This document shows, one piece after another, positions 38,190 to 47,707 of a stretch of DNA of 64,000 nt. Location: the sequence record PZ296772.1; one strand, 5' to 3'. The notes beneath the pieces were generated by a model. That model had not been told where the DNA came from, did not search any database, and worked only from the letters and a program-made list of their open reading frames with translations. This DNA is from a phage. How positions within the stretch are numbered: the first letter of the stretch is position 1; each line of letters opens with the position of its first letter. The position numbers and the translations under genes are program-made.

Positions 38190-38663
38190 ATGATTATCAA
38201 TGAAAACTCTTGGCACTATAAAATTTATGCCGCATTCAATAGTACATGGAATCGTCCGAAAACATTATGTGCTTATTTTTGGAAAACGTTTATTCCGGTA
38301 TTAGCTGTTTCGATTATTGGATTTGCGATTTTAGCAGCAGCCACAATCATTGGCCAGGAAATTTTAACTAAATTCTTTGTTTTTAGCAGTCTATGGACAT
38401 TAGTTCCAGCCTCAATTGGTATAGGCATTTTAACAATATCAGTAATGGTTCTTATTGCTGTCGGGGCGGTAATTGGTCCATCTTGGTTGTTAGACAAATA
38501 TAACGACAGAAAATATTATAAAGAAATTGAGCTCATTGCACAAAACCAAGAACGAATTAAAAATGGACTTGGGCCTATTGAACGTAAGAAATCATTAATA
38601 GGTGAATACCTTAAAGCTCGTAAAGAAAAAGTCTGTCCTACCCTTGAATATAAGGCTAAATGA
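38190..38663 (+). CDS. Membrane protein (3 predicted TM)
   Basis: 157-aa ORF with hydrophobic helices and charged C-terminal tail. Confidence 0.55.
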   Translation: MIINENSWHYKIYAAFNSTWNRPKTLCAYFWKTFIPVLAVSIIGFAILAAATIIGQEILTKFFVFSSLWTLVPASIGIGILTISVMVLIAVGAVIGPSWLLDKYNDRKYYKEIELIAQNQERIKNGLGPIERKKSLIGEYLKARKEKVCPTLEYKAK

Positions 38664-39649
38664 TGAAAACAATTATGAAAGGCTACTTTGGTAGCCACCT
38701 TTATGGAACGTCTACTCCTGAATCTGACGTCGATTTTAAAGAAATTTATGTCCCTCACGCTCGTGATATCTTGACCGGTAATGTTAAAGAACACATGAGC
38801 AAGAACACGAATAACACATCATCTAAAAACACTAAAGATGATATTGACCACGAGTTGTATAGTCTCAAATATTTCTTTAAACTAGCTGCAGATGGTGAAA
38901 CCGTCGCATTAGATATGCTTCACACTCCACCAAGTCTAGTAGTTAAATCTGATTTGCCTGATGTATGGAAGTATATTCAAGATAACAGGTCTCGTTTCTA
39001 TACCACTAACATGAAATCTTATTTAGGGTACGTCCGTAAGCAAGCTTCTAAATACGGTGTCAAGGGTTCTCGTCTGGCTGTTCTCCGCCAAGCCCTTAAA
39101 CGTTCTAATGAATGGGGACAATACTTTGATAATGGTGCAGTAATTCGTTTATCACATATGAAGAATGTTCTGCCTGTAGGTGAATTTGCTTCATGGGTTG
39201 AAACTGAAAACGAGAAAACAGGTAAGCAAACATTCTATAGTCTGTTGGACCGTAAATTCCAAGATACGTTAACCAATAAAGAGTTCAATGCCATCCTGGT
39301 TAAACTTGAAGAGAACTACGGTGAACGTGCTCGTAAGGCAGAAGCCAATGAAGGTATTGATTGGAAAGCATTGAGTCATGCATGCCGTGGTGGACTTCAG
39401 CTCTTAGAAATTTACAAAACCGGCGACCTGGTTTACCCGCTTAAGGATGCTCCATTTATTCTCGATGTTAAGCTTGGTAAACATACATTTAAAACTGTAC
39501 AAGAATTCCTAGAAGATATCGTTGACCAAGTTGAACATGCGGCAGAACAAGCTGCTAAGAACGGTATGCAGCAAAAAGTAGATATGAGTTTCTGGGATGA
39601 CTTCCTTGAGCAAGTCTACTTAGAAAACCACAATTCATACTATAAATGA
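38660..39649 (+). CDS. Nucleotidyltransferase-fold protein (Pol-beta superfamily)
   Basis: 329-aa ORF; N-terminal FGSHLYGTSTPESDVDF fits hG[GS]x(9-13)Dh[DE]h, third acidic residue candidate in VALDMLH. Confidence 0.6.
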   Translation: MMKTIMKGYFGSHLYGTSTPESDVDFKEIYVPHARDILTGNVKEHMSKNTNNTSSKNTKDDIDHELYSLKYFFKLAADGETVALDMLHTPPSLVVKSDLPDVWKYIQDNRSRFYTTNMKSYLGYVRKQASKYGVKGSRLAVLRQALKRSNEWGQYFDNGAVIRLSHMKNVLPVGEFASWVETENEKTGKQTFYSLLDRKFQDTLTNKEFNAILVKLEENYGERARKAEANEGIDWKALSHACRGGLQLLEIYKTGDLVYPLKDAPFILDVKLGKHTFKTVQEFLEDIVDQVEHAAEQAAKNGMQQKVDMSFWDDFLEQVYLENHNSYYK

Positions 39650-39650
39650 T

Positions 39651-39669
39651 AAGGGCCTTCGGGCCCTTT
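39651..39669 (+). terminator. Stem-loop after NTase gene
   Basis: AAGGGCC-UUCG-GGCCCUU hairpin; weak U-tract. Confidence 0.4.
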
Positions 39670-39696
39670 AGGGGGTCAAAATATTTTTAAAAAGTA

Positions 39697-39733
39697 GTGT
39701 ACATGCTTTTAGGATATGTTATTATAGACCTAT
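39697..39733 (+). promoter_or_regulatory. Early promoter cassette (GTGTAC -35, TATTAT -10)
   Basis: -35 39697-39702, -10 39720-39725, CTATCGAAAC leader. Confidence 0.5.
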
Positions 39734-39763
39734 CGAAACGAAATGAGTAAATTGGAGAATAAA

Positions 39764-40744
39764 ATGTTCAACGTTCAAATCAAAAAAGGTATCTATCGTA
39801 ATAACGAAATCTCCGGTTCTTATGTTGCCACAAAGACCTGGTTCCCGGCAAAGCTTAATCCTGAATGTTCCCACTTAGGTGACGGTAAAATTTTCGTTAT
39901 GATTGATGGTTCTGAACGTGGAGTATGGGTCTTCAAATCAGATATCGTAATGGAAGGAGCTGAGACATCACCAGTTGCAGTTGTTGAAAGCACTGAAGAT
40001 ATGAAAACTCGTATCAACAAACGCTTTAAAGTAATGAACATGATGACGAATGGCATTATCGATGGCAAAATTCGTTCACTCATTATTTCAGGTGCAGCCG
40101 GTATTGGTAAGACGTATTCTCTGGATAGAGCGCTTAATAATGCTAATGATAACGGTTTCATCAAATACAAAAGCATTAATGGTAAAATCTCAGGTATTGG
40201 CCTTTACGAACAACTTTGGCTCAACCGTGATGCAGACAGCGTTCTCTTAATCGACGACGTTGACGTATTCTCGGATATGGATATCTTGAACCTTCTTAAA
40301 GCAGCATTAGATACTGGTGATAAACGCAAAGTTTGCTGGAGCACTGCATCATCTTATCTTGATGATAAGGGTATTGATAAAGAATTTGAGTTTGAAGGTA
40401 CTATCGTTTTCATTACAAACGTTGATATCGATAAAGAGTTAGAACGTGGTTCGAAACTTGCTCCACACCTTCAAGCTTTAGTATCTCGTTCAGTGTATCT
40501 TGACCTTGGAGTACACTCTAATGAAGAGATTATGGTTCGAGTTGAAGATGTAATATTATCTACTGACATGATGCAGAAACGTGGTCTGACGGATGCAGAA
40601 ACGTATAAAGCATTGTCCTGGATGAAGGCTAACATATCTCGTCTTCGCAATGTGTCATTACGTACGGCTCTTTATGTAGCAGATTTTATTTCAACTGATA
40701 AAGATGGTTGGGAGGAAATCTCTGAAGTAACTTTACTGAAATAA
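39764..40744 (+). CDS. AAA+/P-loop ATPase
   Basis: 326-aa product from MFNVQIKKGIY; Walker A ISGAAGIGKTY, Walker B LLIDDVDVF; about 110-aa N-terminal domain. Confidence 0.6.
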   Translation: MFNVQIKKGIYRNNEISGSYVATKTWFPAKLNPECSHLGDGKIFVMIDGSERGVWVFKSDIVMEGAETSPVAVVESTEDMKTRINKRFKVMNMMTNGIIDGKIRSLIISGAAGIGKTYSLDRALNNANDNGFIKYKSINGKISGIGLYEQLWLNRDADSVLLIDDVDVFSDMDILNLLKAALDTGDKRKVCWSTASSYLDDKGIDKEFEFEGTIVFITNVDIDKELERGSKLAPHLQALVSRSVYLDLGVHSNEEIMVRVEDVILSTDMMQKRGLTDAETYKALSWMKANISRLRNVSLRTALYVADFISTDKDGWEEISEVTLLK

Positions 40745-40882
40745 GCTTATAGGAAGTTCTGAGGTAACAAAAGCCATAAAGATGAATAATCATATGGCTT
40801 ACCTCAAAGAAGGACACCAGGAACCTACTGAGGGCATAGAAATATTTAAAAATAATGATGTACAAATCAAAGAGGATATGTT

Positions 40883-41170
40883 ATGGATTTTATGCAAAAA
40901 ATTAAAGCCGCAGTCGAACTCTATGCTCATCGTATGGTTAGTTCTACAATGCAATATAGCGAGGAGGTTCGCCAGGACTCTTCCTTGAAAGGAAAAACTA
41001 AAGCCTTAATTACCTTAGATCGTTTGCAAAAGAATGCCATAGAGATGCTCCAGTACGATAAGGATGTGTATAAGAAAGAACAGGAAGAGAAACTTAAATC
41101 TGAAAAATTACAAAAAATCCCGAAGTCGGTTTGGTTCAGTGGAAAAAATACCGAAAAAAGTTTCTTTTAG
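40883..41170 (+). CDS. Hypothetical protein
   Basis: 95-aa ORF with AGAGGA RBS. Confidence 0.5.
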   Translation: MDFMQKIKAAVELYAHRMVSSTMQYSEEVRQDSSLKGKTKALITLDRLQKNAIEMLQYDKDVYKKEQEEKLKSEKLQKIPKSVWFSGKNTEKSFF

Positions 41171-41172
41171 TT

Positions 41173-41207
41173 GTTTACAAGGTCTATGATTATGTTATTA
41201 TAGACCT
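41173..41207 (+). promoter_or_regulatory. Early promoter cassette (GTTTAC, TATTAT, AGGTCTAT/ATAGACCT inverted repeat)
   Basis: -35 41173-41178, -10 41196-41201, 8-bp inverted repeat. Confidence 0.6.
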
Positions 41208-41228
41208 ATCAACTACTGGAGGTAAAAC

Positions 41229-41756
41229 ATGAACGCTAAAGATATTTTCAACCTGGTAAATTATAACGACGGTAAATTTAAATCTGAAGCACAAAGCAAG
41301 TTCTTTAATGACGTTGCTTATGGTAACGAGATTACCGTGGACGGAGGTCAGATTTTCAAATCTCGCTGGAATTGGATTGTTATCATCGATTCGGTTGGAA
41401 TTGTGGAAGTCTACAAAAACACTAACAAAAAACGTACATTATTCTGGTCTCGTGAAACTAACGAGCAGTACAAAAAGGATAAAGCATCTCGTTTATCCAA
41501 AGTAACCCAGGAAGATATCGAGTTTATCAAGAAAGATATCGAGATGTACGAAAATTTAATCGCTGAAGACCAGGCAGTACTCGATAAGTTTGATGAAATT
41601 AAAGCTTCTCGTGAAATCCCTGACTTCATGAAAGAAACAGTAAACGAACGATACGCTCTCACTTCAGAACGTATTGCAAACTATACAAAACAGAAAGCAG
41701 AACGTATTAGTACTCTTCGGAAATTTGAAGAACGTTTAAAGTCGGTTCACGCATAA
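41229..41756 (+). CDS. Hypothetical protein
   Basis: 175-aa ORF. Confidence 0.5.
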   Translation: MNAKDIFNLVNYNDGKFKSEAQSKFFNDVAYGNEITVDGGQIFKSRWNWIVIIDSVGIVEVYKNTNKKRTLFWSRETNEQYKKDKASRLSKVTQEDIEFIKKDIEMYENLIAEDQAVLDKFDEIKASREIPDFMKETVNERYALTSERIANYTKQKAERISTLRKFEERLKSVHA

Positions 41757-41758
41757 AC

Positions 41759-41790
41759 GCTTTACCCAAGGACGGGTTATAATGGTTTTG
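41759..41790 (+). promoter_or_regulatory. Middle-promoter-like element (MotA-box-like CGCTTTA + TATAAT)
   Basis: aaaCGCTTTAc about 12 bp upstream of TATAAT 41778-41783; resembles cassette at 59204. Confidence 0.4.
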
Positions 41791-41818
41791 AGTTCCAATT
41801 CAATCTGAGGAAATAGTT

Positions 41819-42814
41819 ATGAGCATTACATCTGATGCGGTAAAACATGAAATTAACGGTTTATGTGCTTCACAGATTAAAGTGTGGTTTAAAGACCATA
41901 ACGATCGCAGAGCACTTAATTATGAGCAAATTGCTATCCAAGTTCATCAATTACTGACAAGTAAATTTGATTTTCATATGCCGTCTGAAATCTATACTAA
42001 TCTGCCGCGAGCACTTATTAAAGCGTGTAAAGGTTATGGAAAATCAATGGCTGACGGAATATTCAGCGCGCTGAATAAACTTAACGTTCTGTCGATGATT
42101 AACTCTAACAACATCCTGCGTAATCTAGGACGTACTGATTTGTTCGGTCGTGAACAGTGTAAAATGCCTTTGAAATGGATTGTTGCCCATCTTAACGAGA
42201 ACCAAACACGTTTTATGGCTGTAACAGCACGTTTACAAATGGGCCTAGATCGTCAGATGAACTTTAAAACTCATCCACGTTATTCAGGTTCAACAAACTT
42301 TTATAAATGTGAGCTTCAAAAGGTTGGTGGCAAAACTGTCTTAGTAGTTCGTGTAACGTTTGAAGGACGTCGTCAAGGATATTTTGACATAATCGGCTCT
42401 GGACTTAAACATTGTGGATTTATCGACGAAGTTGATATCAAGCGAGACGGCATTGGATACCGTATTGGGTATGTTTGTACTCTTAAAGAAGAGATTTCAG
42501 GACCAGCACCAGGACTAAAAGACGTTAGATATAAAGACGAGCTCGTTGAAGAAATAAAAGAAGTTGAATATGATATCAACCAAGAAGATGCTCTTAAAGA
42601 CCTTATTGATGAACTGAACCAAGACGTTATTCCGGTTCAGAAATTTGAATCAAAACATGCTGAGCAAATCAAATACTTTGAAGCTTTGATTAACGAACTT
42701 AATGTAACTATTCAACAGACTGATGATGAAATCTCACGATTAGCGGGCTTAAACGGTAAAAATAAAACAGAACGAGCTAATCTTATTCAAGTAGTAAAAC
42801 TTCTTAAGGAATGA
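41819..42814 (+). CDS. Hypothetical protein with C-terminal coiled coil (1 of 3 tandem)
   Basis: 331-aa ORF; about 230-aa N-domain then heptad-rich C-terminus. Confidence 0.5.
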   Translation: MSITSDAVKHEINGLCASQIKVWFKDHNDRRALNYEQIAIQVHQLLTSKFDFHMPSEIYTNLPRALIKACKGYGKSMADGIFSALNKLNVLSMINSNNILRNLGRTDLFGREQCKMPLKWIVAHLNENQTRFMAVTARLQMGLDRQMNFKTHPRYSGSTNFYKCELQKVGGKTVLVVRVTFEGRRQGYFDIIGSGLKHCGFIDEVDIKRDGIGYRIGYVCTLKEEISGPAPGLKDVRYKDELVEEIKEVEYDINQEDALKDLIDELNQDVIPVQKFESKHAEQIKYFEALINELNVTIQQTDDEISRLAGLNGKNKTERANLIQVVKLLKE

Positions 42815-42845
42815 TGTACAACCAAGGATGGTTGGAGTATAATAA
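42815..42845 (+). promoter_or_regulatory. Early promoter cassette (TGTACA, CAACCA/TGGTTG inverted repeat, TATAAT)
   Basis: -35 42815-42820, -10 42838-42843, inverted repeat 42819-42834. Confidence 0.55.
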
Positions 42846-42869
42846 ATTTTTCAACATGAGGAATATAAA

Positions 42870-43829
42870 ATGGCTTTTATTACACGTAGAGAACTTATCA
42901 AAGAATTTACCTCGAACGCATATACTCCAGGACCTAATCCTATCCGTATGCCTGTAAAGACTCCTGAAGAGATTGAGGAAATCTGTTCATATTATGGGAT
43001 TAATTCTCGTATGTTTACTCAATTTGAATGCGTTACTAACACACCCGTTAAAGAGTTCATTAAAAATGGTGAGTTCAGCCGTTTATTAGCCAAACAGAAA
43101 CTTCGTAATTTTTGTATCGGCGGCTGCGGACAATATTTTGCTAAACAGTTCCGAAATAACCTTAACAATCTGATGGCCATTGCTTCTCGTATTCGTCCTC
43201 AAGCAATTAACATGAAACATTTGAAATATACTTACGATAAGTTAGAAATCATGGTTATCAGTGAGAATGAGTTCACTCTTACATATAAACCTAAGAATGA
43301 TAACGTTGCTCGTGTATTCCACCAAGCGCTAGAAGTGTTAGGCGATAATATCCATGAGATTAAAGCAATTTATTCTCGTGAGCTTAATATTATCGACCCT
43401 ATCAAGAATAAGGGCCATATCGCTATCCAGGCTCGTGTATCTATTGGTAAAAAGGTTCCTGCGCCATGGTGGCACAAAGACTCTGAATACTATCAAAATC
43501 TTAAAAAGGAAAATGCATTGTTTGAAGGCAATATTACAGCAACACCAGTCGGTAATGCAGAGGTTCTAGGCGCATATTCTCCAGCACAATCTGGTATGTT
43601 TAAAGGTTTGCCAAATGTGTGCAAACTGTCGGCAGTAAAACTAAATGTTTCTAATGACCTTCTTCCGGCAGAAGATTATCATTACAACCAAATCAAGGCT
43701 ACTGTAGACCAACTGTCCGTTGAACTTGACAAAGCACAAGCTAAGCTTCGTGATGCTCAAAGTGTTGTAACGAATCTCCAGTTGCAGTATTCTAAACTTT
43801 TTAATGCAATGAATGCATTAAAATCATAA
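42870..43829 (+). CDS. Hypothetical protein with C-terminal coiled coil (2 of 3 tandem)
   Basis: 319-aa ORF. Confidence 0.5.
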   Translation: MAFITRRELIKEFTSNAYTPGPNPIRMPVKTPEEIEEICSYYGINSRMFTQFECVTNTPVKEFIKNGEFSRLLAKQKLRNFCIGGCGQYFAKQFRNNLNNLMAIASRIRPQAINMKHLKYTYDKLEIMVISENEFTLTYKPKNDNVARVFHQALEVLGDNIHEIKAIYSRELNIIDPIKNKGHIAIQARVSIGKKVPAPWWHKDSEYYQNLKKENALFEGNITATPVGNAEVLGAYSPAQSGMFKGLPNVCKLSAVKLNVSNDLLPAEDYHYNQIKATVDQLSVELDKAQAKLRDAQSVVTNLQLQYSKLFNAMNALKS

Positions 43830-43833
43830 AACG

Positions 43834-43865
43834 GTTTACAACCAAGGATGGTTGGAATATAATGA
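43834..43865 (+). promoter_or_regulatory. Early promoter cassette (GTTTAC, CAACCA/TGGTTG, TATAAT)
   Basis: -35 43834-43839, -10 43858-43863; near-identical core to cassette at 42815. Confidence 0.6.
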
Positions 43866-43891
43866 ATCTATCTTAACGAGAGGAAAATATT

Positions 43892-44842
43892 ATGACACGT
43901 TCACATTACATTGAATACTTTGCCGGGCTTATCGCTAACGTTCATGCCCAGCGCGCTTCTGGTGCACTAGGATTTGATGTTCCACACCGAGATGTAGTAA
44001 GTGGTATTCTTCGTGATTTTGGTACATACACAGGTCAAGAAAATCATATCTGTAAAGATACTCAAAATGCATATTCTCATTCATTAGGGACACTGCTTCA
44101 ATGGTTCAAACGTTCTCGTTTATTATCTTCTACTGTAGCTCGTGATAACATCAAAAACTTTATGAAGCCGAGCTTTATTAAATCTGTGACATCTAAAACC
44201 GATTTGGTTGAATTCACTATTGTTAATGATGTTAAAAAGACTCATTTGGCTGATTGGTTATCTACCATTCCTGAAACTAAATTTGCTGATAAATTTGCTT
44301 GTGAATTCAATAACCAAGTGAATATGCTTTTTAAACATTCTCGTAAATTATTCACGGGCGGTGATGGTCGTACAAATAAAGTTCATGTTAAAGATTGGGT
44401 TACTGCAGTATTCAAACCAACCGGTAATGGTAACGCATCATTATCAATTGATATCCAGGTTCCTTATTACTACTCACGTAATCTCGGTACCATGAAAGCT
44501 GAAGAAATTAATAAGCATAACAAAACCGTTCGTTCGTTGTCTTATAAACTTATTACATTGTTAGAGACTATGGATGTTGTTGAAACGTTCGACGAGTCCG
44601 AAGATAACGGTTCAATGTTATACAGTTCTCGCACCCGAATTAAGCTGAGGAACCCTAACGAGTATAAACTTAAGACTATTAAAGAACCTAAAGTAGAAAA
44701 AGTTGACAACTTGAGCGAAGAACGTGAGTACCTCAAATCTCGTCTGAAAGAAGTCGAAGCCCAGATTAAAGAACAGACTAAATCGTTAAAAGCTCTGAAT
44801 GCGAAAGCGGATGGTTTACGAAATGCCATTGAGGTGTTATAA
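43892..44842 (+). CDS. Hypothetical protein with C-terminal coiled coil (3 of 3 tandem)
   Basis: 316-aa ORF. Confidence 0.5.
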   Translation: MTRSHYIEYFAGLIANVHAQRASGALGFDVPHRDVVSGILRDFGTYTGQENHICKDTQNAYSHSLGTLLQWFKRSRLLSSTVARDNIKNFMKPSFIKSVTSKTDLVEFTIVNDVKKTHLADWLSTIPETKFADKFACEFNNQVNMLFKHSRKLFTGGDGRTNKVHVKDWVTAVFKPTGNGNASLSIDIQVPYYYSRNLGTMKAEEINKHNKTVRSLSYKLITLLETMDVVETFDESEDNGSMLYSSRTRIKLRNPNEYKLKTIKEPKVEKVDNLSEEREYLKSRLKEVEAQIKEQTKSLKALNAKADGLRNAIEVL

Positions 44843-45147
44843 TGAATCTACGTCTTCTAGAGGATATTGATATGAGCACTAATCATGGCTTAGTTAAGTT
44901 TATTGATGATAGTTCAAAGATTGAATTTGTTCAGCGAGATAAAATCCTCGGTGAAGAAGAGTTCGTTCCTCCGGCATGGAACGAAATAATGAAAATGGTT
45001 GAACGACGTGAAAATGCTGCCAAATCGGCAGCAAAACATCCATGCCCAGAATGTGGAACTATCCAGGTCCAACTGGTTAACTGGACCACTGATAACTTGA
45101 AATTGAAATGCCGTAAATGCTTCCACAAATTTGAGAGAACAATATAA
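44842..45147 (+). CDS. Zinc-ribbon protein
   Basis: 101-aa ORF with CPECG...(16)...CRKC. Confidence 0.5.
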   Translation: MNLRLLEDIDMSTNHGLVKFIDDSSKIEFVQRDKILGEEEFVPPAWNEIMKMVERRENAAKSAAKHPCPECGTIQVQLVNWTTDNLKLKCRKCFHKFERTI

Positions 45148-45560
45148 TGAGATATAGCCTTCGTTGTTTTATCGCAGCTTTAGTTTTTGCCATTATTCCA
45201 TTCATTTGGAACAGCCAGAATACTTACATGGAAACTAAAGTAATTCCTGTGGAGGTAGTGGAATTAATCTCAGGCCAATCTACAGGAAAATATTCTAAAT
45301 TAGAATTTATTGCAGTCTATAAAGATGAGCAAGGACGAGTTTTTGACAGGCATGTATCACCATCGTTTTATACGCTTCTGAATAAAGGTGATACGATAGC
45401 TATAGAAATTCGTGAGATGGATATTCAGCAAAATACTCGAGATAACATCATTTGGTTCTTTGGTACAGTGCTGATGTTTTCTATCGGTATCACAGGTTTT
45501 ATTACATGTATTGTATTTGGCATTGCATATTTAATCGATGAAAGGAAAAATAATGTTTAA
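45147..45560 (+). CDS. Membrane protein (N- and C-terminal TM helices)
   Basis: 137-aa ORF. Confidence 0.5.
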   Translation: MRYSLRCFIAALVFAIIPFIWNSQNTYMETKVIPVEVVELISGQSTGKYSKLEFIAVYKDEQGRVFDRHVSPSFYTLLNKGDTIAIEIREMDIQQNTRDNIIWFFGTVLMFSIGITGFITCIVFGIAYLIDERKNNV

Positions 45561-45816
45561 AGTGTACGGGTATGACTCTACTATTCATAAATGCATTTAT
45601 TGTGATAATGCGAAACGATTGCTGACTGTTAAGAAACAGCCATTCGAATTCATTAATGTTATGCCAGAAAAAGGTGTGTTCGATGATGAGAAAATTGCTG
45701 AGCTTCTGGTTAAGCTTGGACGTGAATCACAAGTCGGATTGACTATGCCACAGATATTTGCTCCTGATGGAAGTCATATTGGTGGATTTGACCAACTGCG
45801 AGAATATTTTAAATGA
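45553..45816 (+). CDS. nrdC: Glutaredoxin/thioredoxin NrdC
   Basis: 87-aa product MFKVYGYDSTIHKCIYCDNAKRLL... with CxxC active site; close to T4 NrdC from memory. Confidence 0.9.
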   Translation: MFKVYGYDSTIHKCIYCDNAKRLLTVKKQPFEFINVMPEKGVFDDEKIAELLVKLGRESQVGLTMPQIFAPDGSHIGGFDQLREYFK

Positions 45817-46109
45817 GTATTGATTTAACTTTCCCGGGCTCTTATGACCAGGGTAAATTAGAAGCTTTGTTATATCAAGAAATGTGTTCTCGTGCTAAGA
45901 ACGATATCCAATATGCTATCGATAATCCATGGGGTGAATTTCGTATATTAATGGGTAATCGAATCATAGGTGTTCAATGGCGATTCGTTGGTCTTGAACC
46001 TGAAGACTACGAAGAAAACGAGCACGGTGACTGGATTCCTGTTGGTGAATATCACTGGGAATACGGTGGTCCTGATTTCGAAGTTTCCTGTGCCTGGGTA
46101 GAACAATAA
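45813..46109 (+). CDS. Hypothetical protein
   Basis: 98-aa ORF. Confidence 0.5.
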   Translation: MSIDLTFPGSYDQGKLEALLYQEMCSRAKNDIQYAIDNPWGEFRILMGNRIIGVQWRFVGLEPEDYEENEHGDWIPVGEYHWEYGGPDFEVSCAWVEQ

Positions 46110-46127
46110 ACTGCGAGAATATTTTAA

Positions 46128-46484
46128 ATGACATATTCATTAAATCTTAAAGATTTCCAAGATGCATACGAAGTTTGTGTATCAGAGCTTGGTCCTGAAT
46201 CTCCATCTATTATTGAAGTTTTAAATGTGCTCCCTTCATCATTAGCGTATGAAGCCAAATCATGGGGATGGAATGATACTATTGTTCGTGATGACTTGTA
46301 TGTCCTGATGAATGACATGATGGTTAAAAAGGCAGAACCGGTTGCACCAATGGTTACCATTACCGTTGAAGAATATAATCGCCTGCAAGCCATTGAAGAG
46401 CTTCTGTGGAACATTGAATGTGACCTGCCGTCAGGGCTAGAATCCTGGATTGATTATGAAGAGCTCAATAAACTCCGGGGTTAA
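46128..46484 (+). CDS. Hypothetical protein
   Basis: 118-aa ORF. Confidence 0.5.
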   Translation: MTYSLNLKDFQDAYEVCVSELGPESPSIIEVLNVLPSSLAYEAKSWGWNDTIVRDDLYVLMNDMMVKKAEPVAPMVTITVEEYNRLQAIEELLWNIECDLPSGLESWIDYEELNKLRG

Positions 46485-46612
46485 ACCGTGGTATTCTGCT
46501 CGATGGGAGACTGTCGAGCCAGACGTCGAAACGGTTTACAACGACGAAGAACCATGTTATGATGAACCTTCAATAAATGAATTAATTGATATGGAAATGG
46601 GAAGAGATTATT

Positions 46613-46783
46613 ATGCAAGTTAAATTATTGTACCGTTTATTAAAAAACGGCAAGCATGATTGGTATTTGCTTATTAAAACCGATCCGAATTTTTTCTCTG
46701 GACAACCATTTACAGTTCGTCCTACTAAACGTCAGCTTCGCAAAGCTAAACGTTCTCATCGTAACTTTTATAGAGAATATTGA
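46613..46783 (+). CDS. Small basic protein
   Basis: 56-aa product from MQVKLLYRLLKNGKHDWY. Confidence 0.4.
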   Translation: MQVKLLYRLLKNGKHDWYLLIKTDPNFFSGQPFTVRPTKRQLRKAKRSHRNFYREY

Positions 46784-46784
46784 T

Positions 46785-47198
46785 ATGAATATTTCTGAAA
46801 CTCGCGGTAAATGGTTCAAGATTGTTAAAGAAGACGAAGAACTACAAGACAAGTTTCCTGAATTAAAGAAAGGAACAATCCTCAAGGTAATTGGTACTAC
46901 TACCGAAGATGGTTATGGCGACCATGGCATTATCGAAGTGATGTTGAACACAGGTGAGAAACTTTGCATCTATGACCGTGATACTTCTCTTTGGTGCTTC
47001 TGGGAATCCCATTCAATAGATGAACTCGAAGAAATTGACCAAGTAGTTTGTGATGGTGGACTTGGCGAATTCGAAGGTGAACGTATTTCTTATGCTTTAG
47101 CTAAATTAGCTGGTCAAGAAAATAATGACGGTTATGAAGGTAATCTGATGCAAGCCGCAGCGGAATACATTGAATATTTAGAAAGACGTTTAAGTTAA
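46785..47198 (+). CDS. Hypothetical acidic protein
   Basis: 137-aa product from MNISETRGKWFKIVKEDEE; ATG abuts upstream stop. Confidence 0.5.
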   Translation: MNISETRGKWFKIVKEDEELQDKFPELKKGTILKVIGTTTEDGYGDHGIIEVMLNTGEKLCIYDRDTSLWCFWESHSIDELEEIDQVVCDGGLGEFEGERISYALAKLAGQENNDGYEGNLMQAAAEYIEYLERRLS

Positions 47199-47203
47199 TA
47201 AAT

Positions 47204-47228
47204 ACCCTTATCTATTTAAGGTAAGGGT
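47204..47228 (+). promoter_or_regulatory. Stem-loop sequestering the gene 49 Shine-Dalgarno
   Basis: ACCCTTA-(11 nt loop)-TAAGGGT; 3' arm contains AAGGG 6 nt before the gene 49 ATG. Confidence 0.5.
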
Positions 47229-47233
47229 TTATC

Positions 47234-47707
47234 ATGTTATTATCAGGCGCAAAATATAAAGAAGAAAAACAAAAATTTTATGATGCACAGAATGGTAAGT
47301 GTCCTATTTGCCACCGTGAATTAGACCCTGATGTTCAAGGTAACCATCTTGACCACGACCATGAATTAAACGGGCCAAAAGCTGGTAAGGTTCGTGGTTT
47401 ACTATGTAACCTGTGCAATGCAGCAGAAGGTCAAATGAAGCATAAGTTCAACCGTTCTGGTCTTAAAGGTCAAAACGTTGATTACCTCGAATGGCTTGAA
47501 GCTCTTCTTGCTTATTTGAAACAAGATTATTCTGATAATAATATCCATCCTAATTTTGTTCCAGACAAAACTAAAGAGTTCTCAAGACTAGGTAAAGAGG
47601 AAATGATGACTGAGATGCTTCAAAGAGGATTTGAATATAATGAATCTGATACTAAAACACAATTAATAGCTTCATTCAAAAAGCAGCTTAGAAAGAGTTT
47701 AAAATGA
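47234..47707 (+). CDS. 49: Recombination endonuclease VII (Holliday junction resolvase)
   Basis: 157-aa ORF with Zn-binding CPICHRELD...CNLCN; size as T4 gp49. Confidence 0.93.
   Translation: MLLSGAKYKEEKQKFYDAQNGKCPICHRELDPDVQGNHLDHDHELNGPKAGKVRGLLCNLCNAAEGQMKHKFNRSGLKGQNVDYLEWLEALLAYLKQDYSDNNIHPNFVPDKTKEFSRLGKEEMMTEMLQRGFEYNESDTKTQLIASFKKQLRKSLK

Noticed and set aside
40782-40988. 68-aa ORF overlapping the start of ORF 40883
   Set aside because: No RBS, overlaps the better-supported ORF 40883-41170 (AGAGGA RBS) out of frame, and has an odd composition.
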